Shown here: positions 26,081 through 35,616 of the stretch, piece by piece
Numbering within the stretch: the first letter of the stretch is position 1
How the letters are laid out: every line of letters starts with the position of its first letter
Assembly: GCA_007125735.1 (NCBI GenBank)
Contig: SLCP01000013.1
Span: 1 to 56,975, forward strand
Length of the DNA: 56,975 nt
DNA from: Coriobacteriia bacterium
GTDB lineage: Bacteria; Actinomycetota; Coriobacteriia; Anaerosomatales; SLCP01
Direction of reading: 5' to 3'
The notes under the pieces: generated by a model
The model's database searches: none
What the model was told of the DNA's origin: nothing
Seen by the model: the letters and a program-made list of their open reading frames with translations, nothing else
Translations under genes and position numbers: made by a program

Positions 26081-27070
26081 GTGTTGGGTCGACCTGACAT
26101 CCGCCTCGTCGTCATCGTAGCCGTTGCGCTTGTAGCGGTCTTCGCTCTGCCGATGCTCACGTCCGAGCGCTATCTCTTGCGCGTATTCACCTTCGTAGGG
26201 GTAAACGTCATCATCATCACCGGTATGGCGTTGCTATTCGGGTATGCGGGCCAGGTTTCGCTCGGCCACGCGGCGTTCTACGGGATCGGCGCGTACGCCT
26301 CGGCGTTCGCCGTGATCAACCTGGGGTGGCCGTGGCCGGCCGGCGTCGCTCTTGCGATCGTGTTGACCGCCGCGGGCGGGTTCTTGCTCGCGTTGCCGTC
26401 GCTGAGGCTCAAAGGTCACTACCTGGCGATGGCGACCCTCGGCTTCGGGGAGATCATGAAGGTCGCCTTCGTCGAGGCCAGGCCGGTCACCGGTGGCCCT
26501 GACGGTTTGTCCGGTATCCCGTATCCGGCGATAGGGCCGTTCGAATTCGACACGGCGGGGTTGGCCTACTGGCTCGTGTGGGGTGTCGCCGCGGTGGCGC
26601 TCCTGCTGGCGTACAACGTCGTCCGCTCGCGTGCAGGGCGTGCGATGAGAGCGCTTCACGGCTCGGAGCTCGGCGCCACGGCGTGCGGCATCGACATCAC
26701 GGGCATCAAGGTCCGCGTGTTCGTCATCTCCGCGTCGCTCGCGGGTCTTGCCGGCGCGCTCTACGCGCACGTCGTGGGCTTCGTGTCGCCCTCGACGTTC
26801 TCGTTGCATGTATCGGTGCTGCTCGTGGCGATGGCGGTCCTCGGCGGAACCGGATCGCTTGCCGGACCGGTCATCGCCACCGTGTTGCTGACGCTGATAC
26901 CCTACAGCGACGCGGTGATACCCGGGCTGTCACGCTCCGCACTCGAGACGATCCAGGAGTGGCAGGAGGACATCTACGGCCTGACGATCATCGCCGTCAT
27001 GCTGTTCGTGCCCGGGGGTATCGGCAGTCTGATCAGACGGATGGCTCCCGGCAGGGGTGAGGCCCGGTGA
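26081..27070 (+). CDS. livM: HAAT family ABC transporter permease, LivM-type
   Basis: 329 aa polytopic protein, GYAGQVSLGHAAFYGIGAYASAF...LRLKGHYLAMATLGFGEI. Confidence 0.85.
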   Translation: MLGRPDIRLVVIVAVALVAVFALPMLTSERYLLRVFTFVGVNVIIITGMALLFGYAGQVSLGHAAFYGIGAYASAFAVINLGWPWPAGVALAIVLTAAGGFLLALPSLRLKGHYLAMATLGFGEIMKVAFVEARPVTGGPDGLSGIPYPAIGPFEFDTAGLAYWLVWGVAAVALLLAYNVVRSRAGRAMRALHGSELGATACGIDITGIKVRVFVISASLAGLAGALYAHVVGFVSPSTFSLHVSVLLVAMAVLGGTGSLAGPVIATVLLTLIPYSDAVIPGLSRSALETIQEWQEDIYGLTIIAVMLFVPGGIGSLIRRMAPGRGEAR

Positions 27071-27840
27071 GCCTCCTGCAGGTCAGAGGTGTCACCAGGC
27101 GGTTCGGCGGTCTGGTTGCGGTCGATGCTGTGTCCTTCGACGTCCACGAGGGCCAGATCAAGGCGGTGATCGGCCCGAATGGCGCCGGTAAGTCGACGCT
27201 CTTCAACGTCATGACCGCGTTCGACCGCCCCAACGACGGCAGCGTGCTCTTCGACGGGGCCGAGGTCATCGGGAGACGTCCGCATCTCGTCGTACGCTCG
27301 GGAATGGCGCGCACGTTTCAGAACACGCAGCTCTTCGAGGATATGACCGCCCACGAGAACGTCATGGCAGGCGCTCACGCAGTCACGAAGACCGGCTTCC
27401 TCGCCGCGGCACTGCGCCTGCCGTGGACGGTGCGTGAGGAGCGTGACGTGGCCGAGGAAGCGGGTCGCCTGTTGCGCCTCGTCGGCCTCGGCGAGTGGGC
27501 GGAGACGCCCGCTGCCGACATGCCTCACGGCTTGCGGCGCTTGCTCGAGATCGCGCGCGCGCTCGCAGCGCGCCCGCGCGTGCTCTTGCTCGACGAGCCC
27601 GCAGCGGGACTCAACACCGCAGAGACCGCCTCGCTCGCCGAGGCGCTGTATCGCATCAGAGACGCCGGCACGACGATCGTCGTCGTCGAGCACGACATGG
27701 GGCTCGTCATGGAGGTCTCAGACGAGATAGTCGTCCTCGACCGTGGGTGCAAGATCGCCGAGGGCCCGCCGCGCCTCATCCAAAAGGACCCCGCGGTCGT
27801 CGCCGCGTACCTCGGGGAGGAGGAAGCCGATGAGCTCTGA
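27067..27840 (+). CDS. livG: HAAT family ABC transporter ATP-binding protein, LivG-type
   Basis: GTGA overlap with livM. Walker A GPNGAGKST, LivG-specific insertion, signature and Walker B LLLDEPAAGL. Confidence 0.9.
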   Translation: MSLLQVRGVTRRFGGLVAVDAVSFDVHEGQIKAVIGPNGAGKSTLFNVMTAFDRPNDGSVLFDGAEVIGRRPHLVVRSGMARTFQNTQLFEDMTAHENVMAGAHAVTKTGFLAAALRLPWTVREERDVAEEAGRLLRLVGLGEWAETPAADMPHGLRRLLEIARALAARPRVLLLDEPAAGLNTAETASLAEALYRIRDAGTTIVVVEHDMGLVMEVSDEIVVLDRGCKIAEGPPRLIQKDPAVVAAYLGEEEADEL

Positions 27841-28570
27841 GTCCTCGGCGGCACTCGAGATTTCGGGACTCTCGGCCGGATACGGCCGGGTCGAGGTCTT
27901 GCGCGACATCGACCTCACCGTGGCGCGCGGCGAGATGGTGACGCTCATCGGCGCGAACGGCGCGGGCAAGTCGACGCTGCTCAAGGCGGTCGTCGGACTG
28001 GTAGCTCCGAGCGCCGGGTCGGTCAGGCTTTTCGGAGCCGACGTGACCCGCATGTCACCGGAGCGAGCAGTCCGCGAGGGGCTCGCGCTCGTGCCTGAGG
28101 GCCGGATGCTCTTCGGGCCGATGAGCGTCGAGGAGAACCTGAGGCTCGGAGCGCATACGCGCAGCGCCGAGGAGTTCTCGGCTGAGCGCGATCGCGTCTT
28201 CGAGCTCTTCCCCGTGCTTTCGGAGCGACGGGGCCAGAGTGCGGCGACGCTCTCGGGTGGCGAGCAGCAGATGCTCGCGGTGGGTCGCGCGCTGATGGCG
28301 CAACCGCGCATGTTGCTGCTCGACGAGCCTTCCCTCGGCCTCGCACCTCGCATCATCGCCGAGATCTTCGCAGCGCTCGAAACGCTCCGTTCGCGCGGGA
28401 TAACGATCCTCCTCGTCGAGCAGGACGCGCGCTTGGCGCTCAAGCATGCGGACCGCGGGTACGTGATGCGGACGGGCTCGATCGCGCTCCACGGCGCAGC
28501 CGACGAGCTGCTCGCCAACGACGACATCCGGCTGATCTACCTGGGCGCCTGGCGCGGGGAAGGGGAGTAG
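27830..28570 (+). CDS. livF: HAAT family ABC transporter ATP-binding protein, LivF-type
   Basis: Walker A GANGAGKST, LSGGEQQMLAVGRAL, LLLDEPSLGLAP. ATG 27830 overlaps the livG 3' end by 11 nt. Confidence 0.9.
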   Translation: MSSESSAALEISGLSAGYGRVEVLRDIDLTVARGEMVTLIGANGAGKSTLLKAVVGLVAPSAGSVRLFGADVTRMSPERAVREGLALVPEGRMLFGPMSVEENLRLGAHTRSAEEFSAERDRVFELFPVLSERRGQSAATLSGGEQQMLAVGRALMAQPRMLLLDEPSLGLAPRIIAEIFAALETLRSRGITILLVEQDARLALKHADRGYVMRTGSIALHGAADELLANDDIRLIYLGAWRGEGE

Positions 28571-28576
28571 CGAGCG

Positions 28577-29881
28577 ATGATATGGAACCCGGAGTACGAG
28601 ACGATCGACCGTGAGGCGTTGCACGAGCTGCAGCTGCGCCGTTTGCAGTCGACGGTGGCGTGGGTCCACGAGCGCGTGCCCTACTACCGCGACGCCCTCG
28701 ACGAGCGAGGAGTGCGGCCACGCGACATCAAGTCGCTCGACGACATCACGAAGCTCCCGTTCACCGACAAGACCGCACTACGCGACACGTACCCGTTCGG
28801 CCTGTTCGCGGTGCCCCTCGACCAGGTGGTGCGGATCCACTCCTCCTCAGGCACGACGGGCAAGCCGATCGTGGTGGGCTACACCAAGGGCGACATCGCC
28901 ACGTGGACCGAGCTCACCGCCCGTGTGGCCGCGGCAGCGGGCGTCGTGCACACCGACCTCGTGCAGATGGCGTTCGGCTACGGGATGTTCACCGGCGGAT
29001 TCGGCATGCACTACGGCGTCGAGCGCGTCGGCGCGACAGTCATCCCCGCGAGCGCGGGCAACACCGAGCGCCACCTCATGATGATGACGGACTTCGGCAC
29101 GACGGTACTCGTCTCCACGCCGAGCTACGCACTCTACATGGCTGAGGTCGCCGAGGAGATGGGCGTGGACCTCAAGGGCTCGCCGCTGCGGCTCGGTCTC
29201 TTTGGCGCCGAGCCGTGCACCGACGCAGCACGCCAGGAGATCGAGCAGCAACTCGGCATCGTCGCGACCGACAACTACGGACTCTCCGAGGTCATGGGGC
29301 CCGGCGTGTCGGGCGAGTGCGAGTGCAGGTGTGGCCTGCACATCGCCGAGGACCACTTCATCGCCGAGGTCGTCGATCCGGAGACCGGATCTCCGCTTCC
29401 CGATGGGGAGGAGGGCGAGCTCGTCTTCACGTCCCTCACCAAGGAGGCGTTCCCCGTGCTGCGGTACCGGACGCACGATCTGACCGTCCTCGATCGCACG
29501 CCGTGCGAGTGCGGCCGTACGCTCGCCCGCATGCGCACGGTGCGGCAGCGCACCGACGACATGCTCATCATCCGCGGAGTCAACGTCTTCCCGAGCCAGA
29601 TCGAAGACGTGCTCTTCAAGATCGAAGGAGTGCGTCCGCACTACCTCATCGTCGTCGACCGCAAGCACGGTCTCGATGACATGGAGGTTCGCCTCGAAGT
29701 GGCCGAAGAGGTGTTTTCCGATATCATGGCTGACATGGTCGCGTTCACCAAGAACGTGTCCGAGCGTCTCCACGGGGTCCTCGGCCTTCATGTGAAAGTG
29801 ACGCTCGTGGAGCCAGGGTCTATCGAGCGCACCGCCGGCAAAGCCCAGCGGGTTCTCGACAAGCGGGACGGCGCCTGCTGA
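28577..29881 (+). CDS. paaK: phenylacetate-CoA ligase family protein (PaaK-like), copy 2
   Basis: 434 aa, [14 protein letters not shown]. Collinear with copy 1 (4395-5690) throughout. Confidence 0.8.
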   Translation: MIWNPEYETIDREALHELQLRRLQSTVAWVHERVPYYRDALDERGVRPRDIKSLDDITKLPFTDKTALRDTYPFGLFAVPLDQVVRIHSSSGTTGKPIVVGYTKGDIATWTELTARVAAAAGVVHTDLVQMAFGYGMFTGGFGMHYGVERVGATVIPASAGNTERHLMMMTDFGTTVLVSTPSYALYMAEVAEEMGVDLKGSPLRLGLFGAEPCTDAARQEIEQQLGIVATDNYGLSEVMGPGVSGECECRCGLHIAEDHFIAEVVDPETGSPLPDGEEGELVFTSLTKEAFPVLRYRTHDLTVLDRTPCECGRTLARMRTVRQRTDDMLIIRGVNVFPSQIEDVLFKIEGVRPHYLIVVDRKHGLDDMEVRLEVAEEVFSDIMADMVAFTKNVSERLHGVLGLHVKVTLVEPGSIERTAGKAQRVLDKRDGAC

Positions 29882-29924
29882 TCTGCGTGCCGGCCCGTGG
29901 GGTCTGCTCGCCGATGAAGGAAGG

Positions 29925-30491
29925 ATGCAGGTGATCGACGTTACCGGCGTGCCGGCATGGGCATGGGCCGCAGGGGCGGCTTCCACGCTGATGCTGCTCA
30001 TTGCGTTCGCGTTCGCAACGTGGCTGACGTGGCGACGGACGGTTCGACGGCACCTCGTCAAAGTCGTCGGGCGCCGTGAAGGCGTGGTCGCGAGCAGGCG
30101 CACCCTCGAGGCCATCGTGCGCCATCTCGCCGATGAGGACGACTCCCGGCTCACCTTCTTCGCCGAGCATCCGGAGTCGGAGGATCGTCGCGCGCTTGCC
30201 GAGACTGCGTCCCGCATGGCAATCGCCGCAGAGGAACTCGATACGATGCCCCTGCCGCAACCGCTGTGGCCCGCTGCCGAAGCGCTCGCCGACGTCGCGT
30301 TCGTCGTGGGCGAGGAGGCGGGCAGGGTAGGGGAGTCCGACGATGTCGGCACCGTGTTCGCAGGACTAGAACTGACCGATCTCGATCGGGTGGAACGTGT
30401 GTTCGAGGTCGCCGATGCTCGGGTAAGAGAAGCGTGTGAGCGTTACGATCTCGACGAGGCATCCGTGTACGGTGGAGGGTTGTACATATGA
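29925..30491 (+). CDS. hypothetical membrane-anchored protein (one N-terminal TM, helical acidic cytoplasmic part)
   Basis: 188 aa, TM AAGAASTLMLLIAFAFATWLTW followed by RRTVRR. No family recognised. Start is ATG 29925 or GTG 29931. Confidence 0.5.
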   Translation: MQVIDVTGVPAWAWAAGAASTLMLLIAFAFATWLTWRRTVRRHLVKVVGRREGVVASRRTLEAIVRHLADEDDSRLTFFAEHPESEDRRALAETASRMAIAAEELDTMPLPQPLWPAAEALADVAFVVGEEAGRVGESDDVGTVFAGLELTDLDRVERVFEVADARVREACERYDLDEASVYGGGLYI

Positions 30492-30925
30492 CGGGTCTCC
30501 CACGTTTGATACGCGCTGTGATCGGGGTGATCGCCCTCATGGTGATCGCGTCGCTCGTGTGGGGGTGGTGGGGCGACTATCGCGGCGAGCGCTTTCCAGA
30601 CAGCGACCGCTCTGCTGAGGAGACCGTGACGCCCGATGTCGCCGAGGCAGATGCGGAAGACGAGAACGGCGATGATCCACCGGCCGAGGAGCCTGCCGAG
30701 GAGGAAGAAGAGCCTGCTGCCGGCACCGGTCAGACCGTCGTGGTACGCATCGAGGGATTGAGCTTCCGCAGAGGGCCTTCGAGAGACGACGAACGCATCT
30801 CCACGCTCAACCGTGGTACCAGACTCGAACATCTCGGTACCGAGAACGGATGGTATCGTGTCCGGCACTCGGATGGCACCGAGGGGTACGTCTCCGCCAG
30901 CGAGCAGTACACGGAGTTGCAGTAG
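30488..30925 (+). CDS. membrane-anchored SH3b (bacterial SH3_3) domain protein
   Basis: ATGA overlap with the upstream gene. TM VIGVIALMVIASLVWGWW, acidic linker, SH3b-like LSFRRGPSRDDERISTLNRGTRLEHLGTENGWYRVRHSDGTEGYV. Confidence 0.65.
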   Translation: MTGLPRLIRAVIGVIALMVIASLVWGWWGDYRGERFPDSDRSAEETVTPDVAEADAEDENGDDPPAEEPAEEEEEPAAGTGQTVVVRIEGLSFRRGPSRDDERISTLNRGTRLEHLGTENGWYRVRHSDGTEGYVSASEQYTELQ

Positions 30926-30963
30926 TCCACCGCAAGAGCGCGTCGTCCGGTTCGGGAGGTCCT

Positions 30964-31296
30964 ATGAGCGGTATCATCGGGCAGGCGGCCGACTTCTACC
31001 GTCTGCGACTGACGCGACTCGAAGAGCTCGTCGAACTCGATTTCGAGTGGCGTGACGACATCTTGTACCGGCAGCCGCCCCGTCCCGACGTCCACGAAGA
31101 AGAGGTCTGGATCGTCGAGGCGGTAGAACTCGACGATGAGGATGTCGTGCTCGAGGTCGGCCGGTTCGCCTCACGCGAGGAGGCCGAGGAACTGATGGGC
31201 CGGGCGAGCGAGGACCTCAGCGAGATGACGCGCTCCCGTTTCGAGGCGCGGTACATGGACTCCTCGGCCGGTTCTGGTGGCTCTGACAGTACTTAA
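30964..31296 (+). CDS. hypothetical acidic cytoplasmic protein (110 aa)
   Basis: ATG 30964 with GGGAGG SD. Coding-like composition, no family recognised. The ORF is open from 30850. Confidence 0.5.
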   Translation: MSGIIGQAADFYRLRLTRLEELVELDFEWRDDILYRQPPRPDVHEEEVWIVEAVELDDEDVVLEVGRFASREEAEELMGRASEDLSEMTRSRFEARYMDSSAGSGGSDST

Positions 31297-31395
31297 CATA
31301 AGATACATTATCAGACATACAGGTGTCGAACGAACGAGCGACTAGACCGAGGTCGCGTCCGGGTCGGGTCCTGGTGACTCACCCTTGCAGAAGCC

Positions 31396-31433
31396 GCAGG
31401 TCCCGGCGTGTGGCCGACACGTCCGGGACCTGC
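31396..31433. terminator. long GC-rich hairpin between convergent genes (candidate bidirectional factor-independent terminator)
   Basis: GCAGGTCCCGGCGTGT-GGCCG-ACACG(T)CCGGGACCTGC, about 16 bp of stem with one bulge. U-tracts are weak on both strands (TTGTG / CTTCTG). Confidence 0.4.
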
Positions 31434-31520
31434 TTGTGCGAGACGATCGCTCCGCCGTGAGCGATGTCCGACAACTGAATGCGCGTGCATGGTGTATTGT
31501 GTCTCGGCGAATCCTCCCGT

Positions 31521-31988
31521 TCAGCGTTCGGGCGCGAACACGCTGCCTGCGTACACCGTTTCGAATGCTGGGCCTTCTCGCAGAAACGACGCGATGAGGT
31601 CTCCCAGCGGTGGACGCAGATCGATCGCTCGGAGATCCTCGGGACCGATGAGGTCGACCGCCTCGACACGCGGGTCGCGTGAGTCGTCGGACAGTGCCCC
31701 TCCTGTGATCGACGCGGCGAACGTGATGTTGACGACGTGACGGGCGCCTGACGGGTCGATGGTGTCGTTGATGATGAGTGGCCGGCCGACTTCGACGAGA
31801 AGCCCGGTCTCCTCGGCTACCTCACGTTCGAGCGCGTCAGTGAGGGTCTCTCCCCATGCGACTCCTCCACCTGGCAGAAGATGGTAAGCATCGTCACCCT
31901 TGCGGTGGCGCACGCATACCACAAGGTCGTCTTGGAGCATGAGCGCCGCTACTCGGATGCGCGGACACTCACAGGCCGGTGCTGCCAA
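31521..31988 (-). CDS. NUDIX hydrolase
   Basis: Nudix box [24 protein letters not shown] fits G-x5-E-x7-REUxEExGU exactly. The start may be internal (Met17). Confidence 0.85.
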   Translation of the reverse strand: MAAPACECPRIRVAALMLQDDLVVCVRHRKGDDAYHLLPGGGVAWGETLTDALEREVAEETGLLVEVGRPLIINDTIDPSGARHVVNITFAASITGGALSDDSRDPRVEAVDLIGPEDLRAIDLRPPLGDLIASFLREGPAFETVYAGSVFAPER

Positions 31989-32400
31989 AACCGCCCTCTC
32001 CTCTCACGGTCTCATCGAGCTCGGTCACCTCGACAAGTTCGGCGGATACGACGGGCTGGATGACGAGCTGTGCGATCTTGTCTCCCCGGGAGATGCTGAT
32101 CGGTACGGAGGCGTCGAGATTGATGCAGATCACCTTGATCTCGCCGCGATAATGGCTGTCGATGAGACCAGGGGTGTTGACGAGACTCAAGCCCTGTCTG
32201 ATGGCGAGTCCGCTGCGAGGTTGAACGAAGCCTGCGAAACCTTCGGGGATCGCTACGGCGATGCCGGTAGGCACGAGCACGCGGTCGAAGGGAGCTAACG
32301 TGATGTCTTCTGCCGCGTACAGGTCGAGTCCGGCATCACCTTCGTGCGCGTAGCGTGGGAGCGGCAGTTCCGTATCGAGCCGGGTGATCGGTAGGCGCAC
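31969..32400 (-). CDS. dut: dUTP diphosphatase
   Basis: [12 protein letters not shown]..., [21 protein letters not shown] motifs. GTG 32400 lies 8 nt after the nrdG stop. The longer ORF to 32574 is out-of-frame overlap with nrdG. Confidence 0.9.
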   Translation of the reverse strand: MRLPITRLDTELPLPRYAHEGDAGLDLYAAEDITLAPFDRVLVPTGIAVAIPEGFAGFVQPRSGLAIRQGLSLVNTPGLIDSHYRGEIKVICINLDASVPISISRGDKIAQLVIQPVVSAELVEVTELDETVRGEGGFGSTGL

Positions 32401-32407
32401 TGGTGCG

Positions 32408-33142
32408 TCACGTCCCTCTCGTCGTGGTGGGCAGATAGCGGGAGCACTCGCGCGCAGCACGAGCGAGAGCGTCGGGGTGCGCGGGCGCAACTGCGGAGGC
32501 GTCGGGTTCGAGCGTGTGCCCGGGGCGAAACTGCTGGAGCACGTACGAGTCGCCTCCGGCGAGCAACGAGGCAAGTAGAGGCAGTTCCTCGGGGGTTATG
32601 ACCGGCGGAAAGACGGTCGTGCGGAACTCGTGCCTGACACCAGACGCGCGGAGGACGTCGATGCTCTCGTTGACCGTGCGTCCAGCATCGGGCGCGCCGA
32701 GCAGCCCGTAACGTTCAGGGAGCGTCTTGACGTCGAGGGCCACGAACTCCACCAGCCCGTCCGCGACCACGCGCTGCAATACCGTGGGCTCCGTGCCGTT
32801 GGTGTCGAGTTTGACCGGCACTCCACGGGTCGCCAGGTCCTCAAGCAGCCGGGGTAGCCCCGGGTCGAGGGTGGGCTCACCGCCGCTGATGACAACACCG
32901 TCTATCCAGCCGCGCCGTATAGCGATGTGAGAGAGTGCACTCTGCCACATGTCGTTGCGGGTGTCCGTTTCAAGAAGCTCTGGGTTGTGACAGTACGGAC
33001 AACGGAGCGAACAGCCGGTGACGAAGATAGTGGTACAGACGTGTCCCGGCCAGTCGAGCATGCTCGTGGGAACGAAGCCCGCTACGCGATCGCACGCGTA
33101 AGTAGACCGCTCGCCAGAAGTGGGATGGGAGGAAGCCCTCAC
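32408..33142 (-). CDS. nrdG: anaerobic ribonucleoside-triphosphate reductase activating protein (radical SAM)
   Basis: [28 protein letters not shown] (CxxxCxxC). Start uncertain: GTG 33142 (2 nt after the redoxin stop), ATG 33061 or ATG 33199. Confidence 0.85.
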   Translation of the reverse strand: MRASSHPTSGERSTYACDRVAGFVPTSMLDWPGHVCTTIFVTGCSLRCPYCHNPELLETDTRNDMWQSALSHIAIRRGWIDGVVISGGEPTLDPGLPRLLEDLATRGVPVKLDTNGTEPTVLQRVVADGLVEFVALDVKTLPERYGLLGAPDAGRTVNESIDVLRASGVRHEFRTTVFPPVITPEELPLLASLLAGGDSYVLQQFRPGHTLEPDASAVAPAHPDALARAARECSRYLPTTTRGT

Positions 33143-33144
33143 GC

Positions 33145-33390
33145 CTACCCCGCGAGCACCGCGTGGAGCGCAGTACGCGTCGGCGGGTTGCCACGCCATG
33201 CGGCGAGCTCGGCACCCCCGTTATCGAGAACCAGAATGGTCGGGGTCGCGAGAACGCTGTGGTACGACGCCTCCGCAAGACCTTCGACACTGCCCACGTC
33301 GAAGATCTCGAGCGAGTCGAGACCCTCACACGCGTGCTTCGCTGCTGGACAGCGCGGACAGTCGGCTTTCACAAAGAGCTTGACGGTCAC
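33145..33390 (-). CDS. small thioredoxin/glutaredoxin-fold protein (CPRC active site), NrdH/MTH895-like
   Basis: 81 aa, MTVKLFVKADCPRCPAAK...TPTILVLD. GTG start with GGGGAGGA SD. Embedded between nrdD and nrdG. Confidence 0.7.
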   Translation of the reverse strand: MTVKLFVKADCPRCPAAKHACEGLDSLEIFDVGSVEGLAEASYHSVLATPTILVLDNGGAELAAWRGNPPTRTALHAVLAG

Positions 33391-33406
33391 CGTTCCTCCC
33401 CTTCGG

Positions 33407-35557
33407 TCAGGTCTTCGATTCGTGTACTGCTCGCACGTCCGGCGTTGCTGCGAGACCGGTACGCCTCCGGTCGTACAACTCCCCTACCTTACTGCGGTTC
33501 CACGTCTGGATCTTGGAGAAGTAGCCGACGATGCGTGTGACGCCGTATACGTCGAGTGAGCCGCAGCACGAACACTGGGTCTTCAGGCCACGGGCGGTCT
33601 TTCGGCAGCTCTCGCATACGGTGAACTCAGGACTGAAGGCAATCTGGGAGCATTGTGTGTTGCGGAACGTCTTCTCTACGAAGCTCCTGATCGCATGCGG
33701 GTCCGGCTCGTGCTCTCCGAGCCAGACATGGACGATGGCGCCTGCCTCGATGAGGGGATGGAATCGCGACTGCTTCTCTACCCGTTCGACGTAGTCGACG
33801 GGGGCGTCGACAGCGAGGTGGATGGAGTTCGTGTAGTAGTAGTTCTGTGCGGTAAGGTCCCCCTTCACCACAGCTGAGGTCTGCTCGGGCCAGTACTTCA
33901 TGTCGAGCTTTGCGAGGCGGTAGCCTGCAGACTCGGCAGGACTTTCTTCGAGCACCATGTTGAGGTCGTAGCGCTCGGAGAGCTCCTTGCACTTGAGGTT
34001 CATAGCCGAGATGACCTTCAACCCGAACTTGAGGGCAGCGTCCGACTCGTGCATCTGCTGTCCGGTGTGTGCCTGGACGAGCTCGTTGAGGCCGATGAGT
34101 CCGGCTAGGTAGGTGAGCCGATCCATCTTGAGGTACGGCTGACCGTCGAGATTCTTTGTGAGCAGGCCGAGCGGGCCCGTCTCGCCGAGGTCGAACAGCG
34201 TCTGAATGAACTGGCGTTTCTGCAGGTGAGCCTTAGCGACGAGCTCGAGCGCCCGGTTGAGTTCCATGAAGAGCGCCTGGTCGTTGCCGTTGGCCTTGTA
34301 GGCGATTCTCGGCAGGTTGATGGTCACGTTCTGTAGCGCAGAGAAGCGCATGATCTCGGGGGTCGACGTCTCGGCCAGTTGTTCGGGGCTCAACTTCAGC
34401 TTGAGCCTGCAGCACTGGGAGACCGTCACCTCGTCGCCGCGGTCGAACACGAAGTAGGTGATGCCTTGCGCGCTTGCGACTCGACACGCCAGGTCGAGGA
34501 AGTCCTCATGACCCGGCGTGCGGAAGAAGTCCTCGCTGATGTGGAGGAGCGGTTTGGGGAACACGAACGTCTTGCCGGTCGCGTCACCGCGCAGATAGAC
34601 GTTGAACATCGCGCGGACGAACCGCTGCGCCTCCGCTTCGTACTCACCGTATGTCTTGCCCGTGTACTCGCCGCCGGGGCCGATGGCCTGCGTGTCGGCG
34701 AAGTGCCGGGGCACGTTGTAATAGAGGTTGAAGTCGGTGAACACGACCTGGCTGCCGCGTGCGCCGGCAAGCTGGTTGAACTCGAAGATCAGCATCTGCG
34801 CGAGCTGCTCAACCTCTTCATCGCTCTTGTCCACCAGATATGGTGCGAAGAAGATGTTGACCGCTTCCCACCCCACGGCGCCCGCGTAGTGGGCCTGGAG
34901 CGCCGAAGCCATCTTGACCATATGGCCGACGAGTACCTCGGCGTGTTTCGCTGGCTTGGAGACGCTCGTGATGTTGGGGAGGTTCAGACCGAACTTCTTG
35001 AGGTACTCGAGGCTGTGGCCGCCGCAGTACGGCCGGATGATGAACCCGAGGTCGTGCAGGTGGATGTCGCCGACATAGTGGGCCTCGGAGACATCGTCCG
35101 AGAACACGCGCCTCAACGCGAACTCCTTGAGGATGGTCTCGGCGATCGTGAGGTTGATGCTCTCGGGGTTGTGAGTGGTGTTGGAGTTCTCCTTGTTCGC
35201 GTTGGTGATGATCTGCTCCACGTCCCACATCGGAAGACCGAGGTGGGTATGGCGACGGTGTGCGAGGGTCATGCCGCGCTCGAGCAGCTCGAGGTCTACC
35301 ATCTCGCGAATGACCGCGGTGGTGACCGTGACGAGATTCGTACCGTCGATGCGGTCCTCGACAGCAAGAGCGATCTCCTCGGCGACGTGCGGCGCCAAAC
35401 CGGCCTCCTTGACGAGGGAATCGGTGATCTTGGAGCGGTCCCACGGGTCGATCTCCTGGCGTGAGGCGGTGGATACCAGCAGGGCGATGTCGGTGGAGTC
35501 GGTGAGTGCACCGGGTGTAGCCGGCCTGATGACGTTGACGACCCGCTCCATGACCAT
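33407..35557 (-). CDS. nrdD: anaerobic (class III) ribonucleoside-triphosphate reductase
   Basis: 716 aa. N-terminal ATP-cone-like region, CCRL loop (Cys382-Cys383, nt 34409-34414). C-terminal Zn ribbon CESC...CSCCGS and glycyl-radical motif TRIVGYFS. Confidence 0.95.
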   Translation of the reverse strand: MVMERVVNVIRPATPGALTDSTDIALLVSTASRQEIDPWDRSKITDSLVKEAGLAPHVAEEIALAVEDRIDGTNLVTVTTAVIREMVDLELLERGMTLAHRRHTHLGLPMWDVEQIITNANKENSNTTHNPESINLTIAETILKEFALRRVFSDDVSEAHYVGDIHLHDLGFIIRPYCGGHSLEYLKKFGLNLPNITSVSKPAKHAEVLVGHMVKMASALQAHYAGAVGWEAVNIFFAPYLVDKSDEEVEQLAQMLIFEFNQLAGARGSQVVFTDFNLYYNVPRHFADTQAIGPGGEYTGKTYGEYEAEAQRFVRAMFNVYLRGDATGKTFVFPKPLLHISEDFFRTPGHEDFLDLACRVASAQGITYFVFDRGDEVTVSQCCRLKLKLSPEQLAETSTPEIMRFSALQNVTINLPRIAYKANGNDQALFMELNRALELVAKAHLQKRQFIQTLFDLGETGPLGLLTKNLDGQPYLKMDRLTYLAGLIGLNELVQAHTGQQMHESDAALKFGLKVISAMNLKCKELSERYDLNMVLEESPAESAGYRLAKLDMKYWPEQTSAVVKGDLTAQNYYYTNSIHLAVDAPVDYVERVEKQSRFHPLIEAGAIVHVWLGEHEPDPHAIRSFVEKTFRNTQCSQIAFSPEFTVCESCRKTARGLKTQCSCCGSLDVYGVTRIVGYFSKIQTWNRSKVGELYDRRRTGLAATPDVRAVHESKT

Positions 35558-35616
35558 GTGACCACTCAGCCCCTCGTGTCCGTGCGGGACCTACGCCCCG
35601 CGAGCCCCTCGGCTTC

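Noticed and set aside
28847-30352. 501-aa ORF on the minus strand. Similar long ORFs occur at 1481-2644(-), 7311-8204(-), 10031-10933(-), 13026-13913(-), 19052-19885(-) and 43514-45043(+).
   Set aside because: These are Arg/Ala/Ser/Pro/Gly-rich shadow ORFs, typical of high-GC DNA. Each lies antisense to, or out of frame with, a gene that has strong family motifs. None has an SD or a recognisable domain.
30600-30720. GAG/GAA/GCC-rich repetitive-looking stretch.
   Set aside because: It simply encodes the acidic linker (AEADAEDENGDDPPAEEPAEEEEEPAAG) of the SH3b protein. It is not a DNA-level tandem repeat with a defined unit.
31325-31345. GAACGAACGAGC resembling an SOS half-site.
   Set aside because: There is no GTTC partner at N4 spacing, so it is not a Cheo box.
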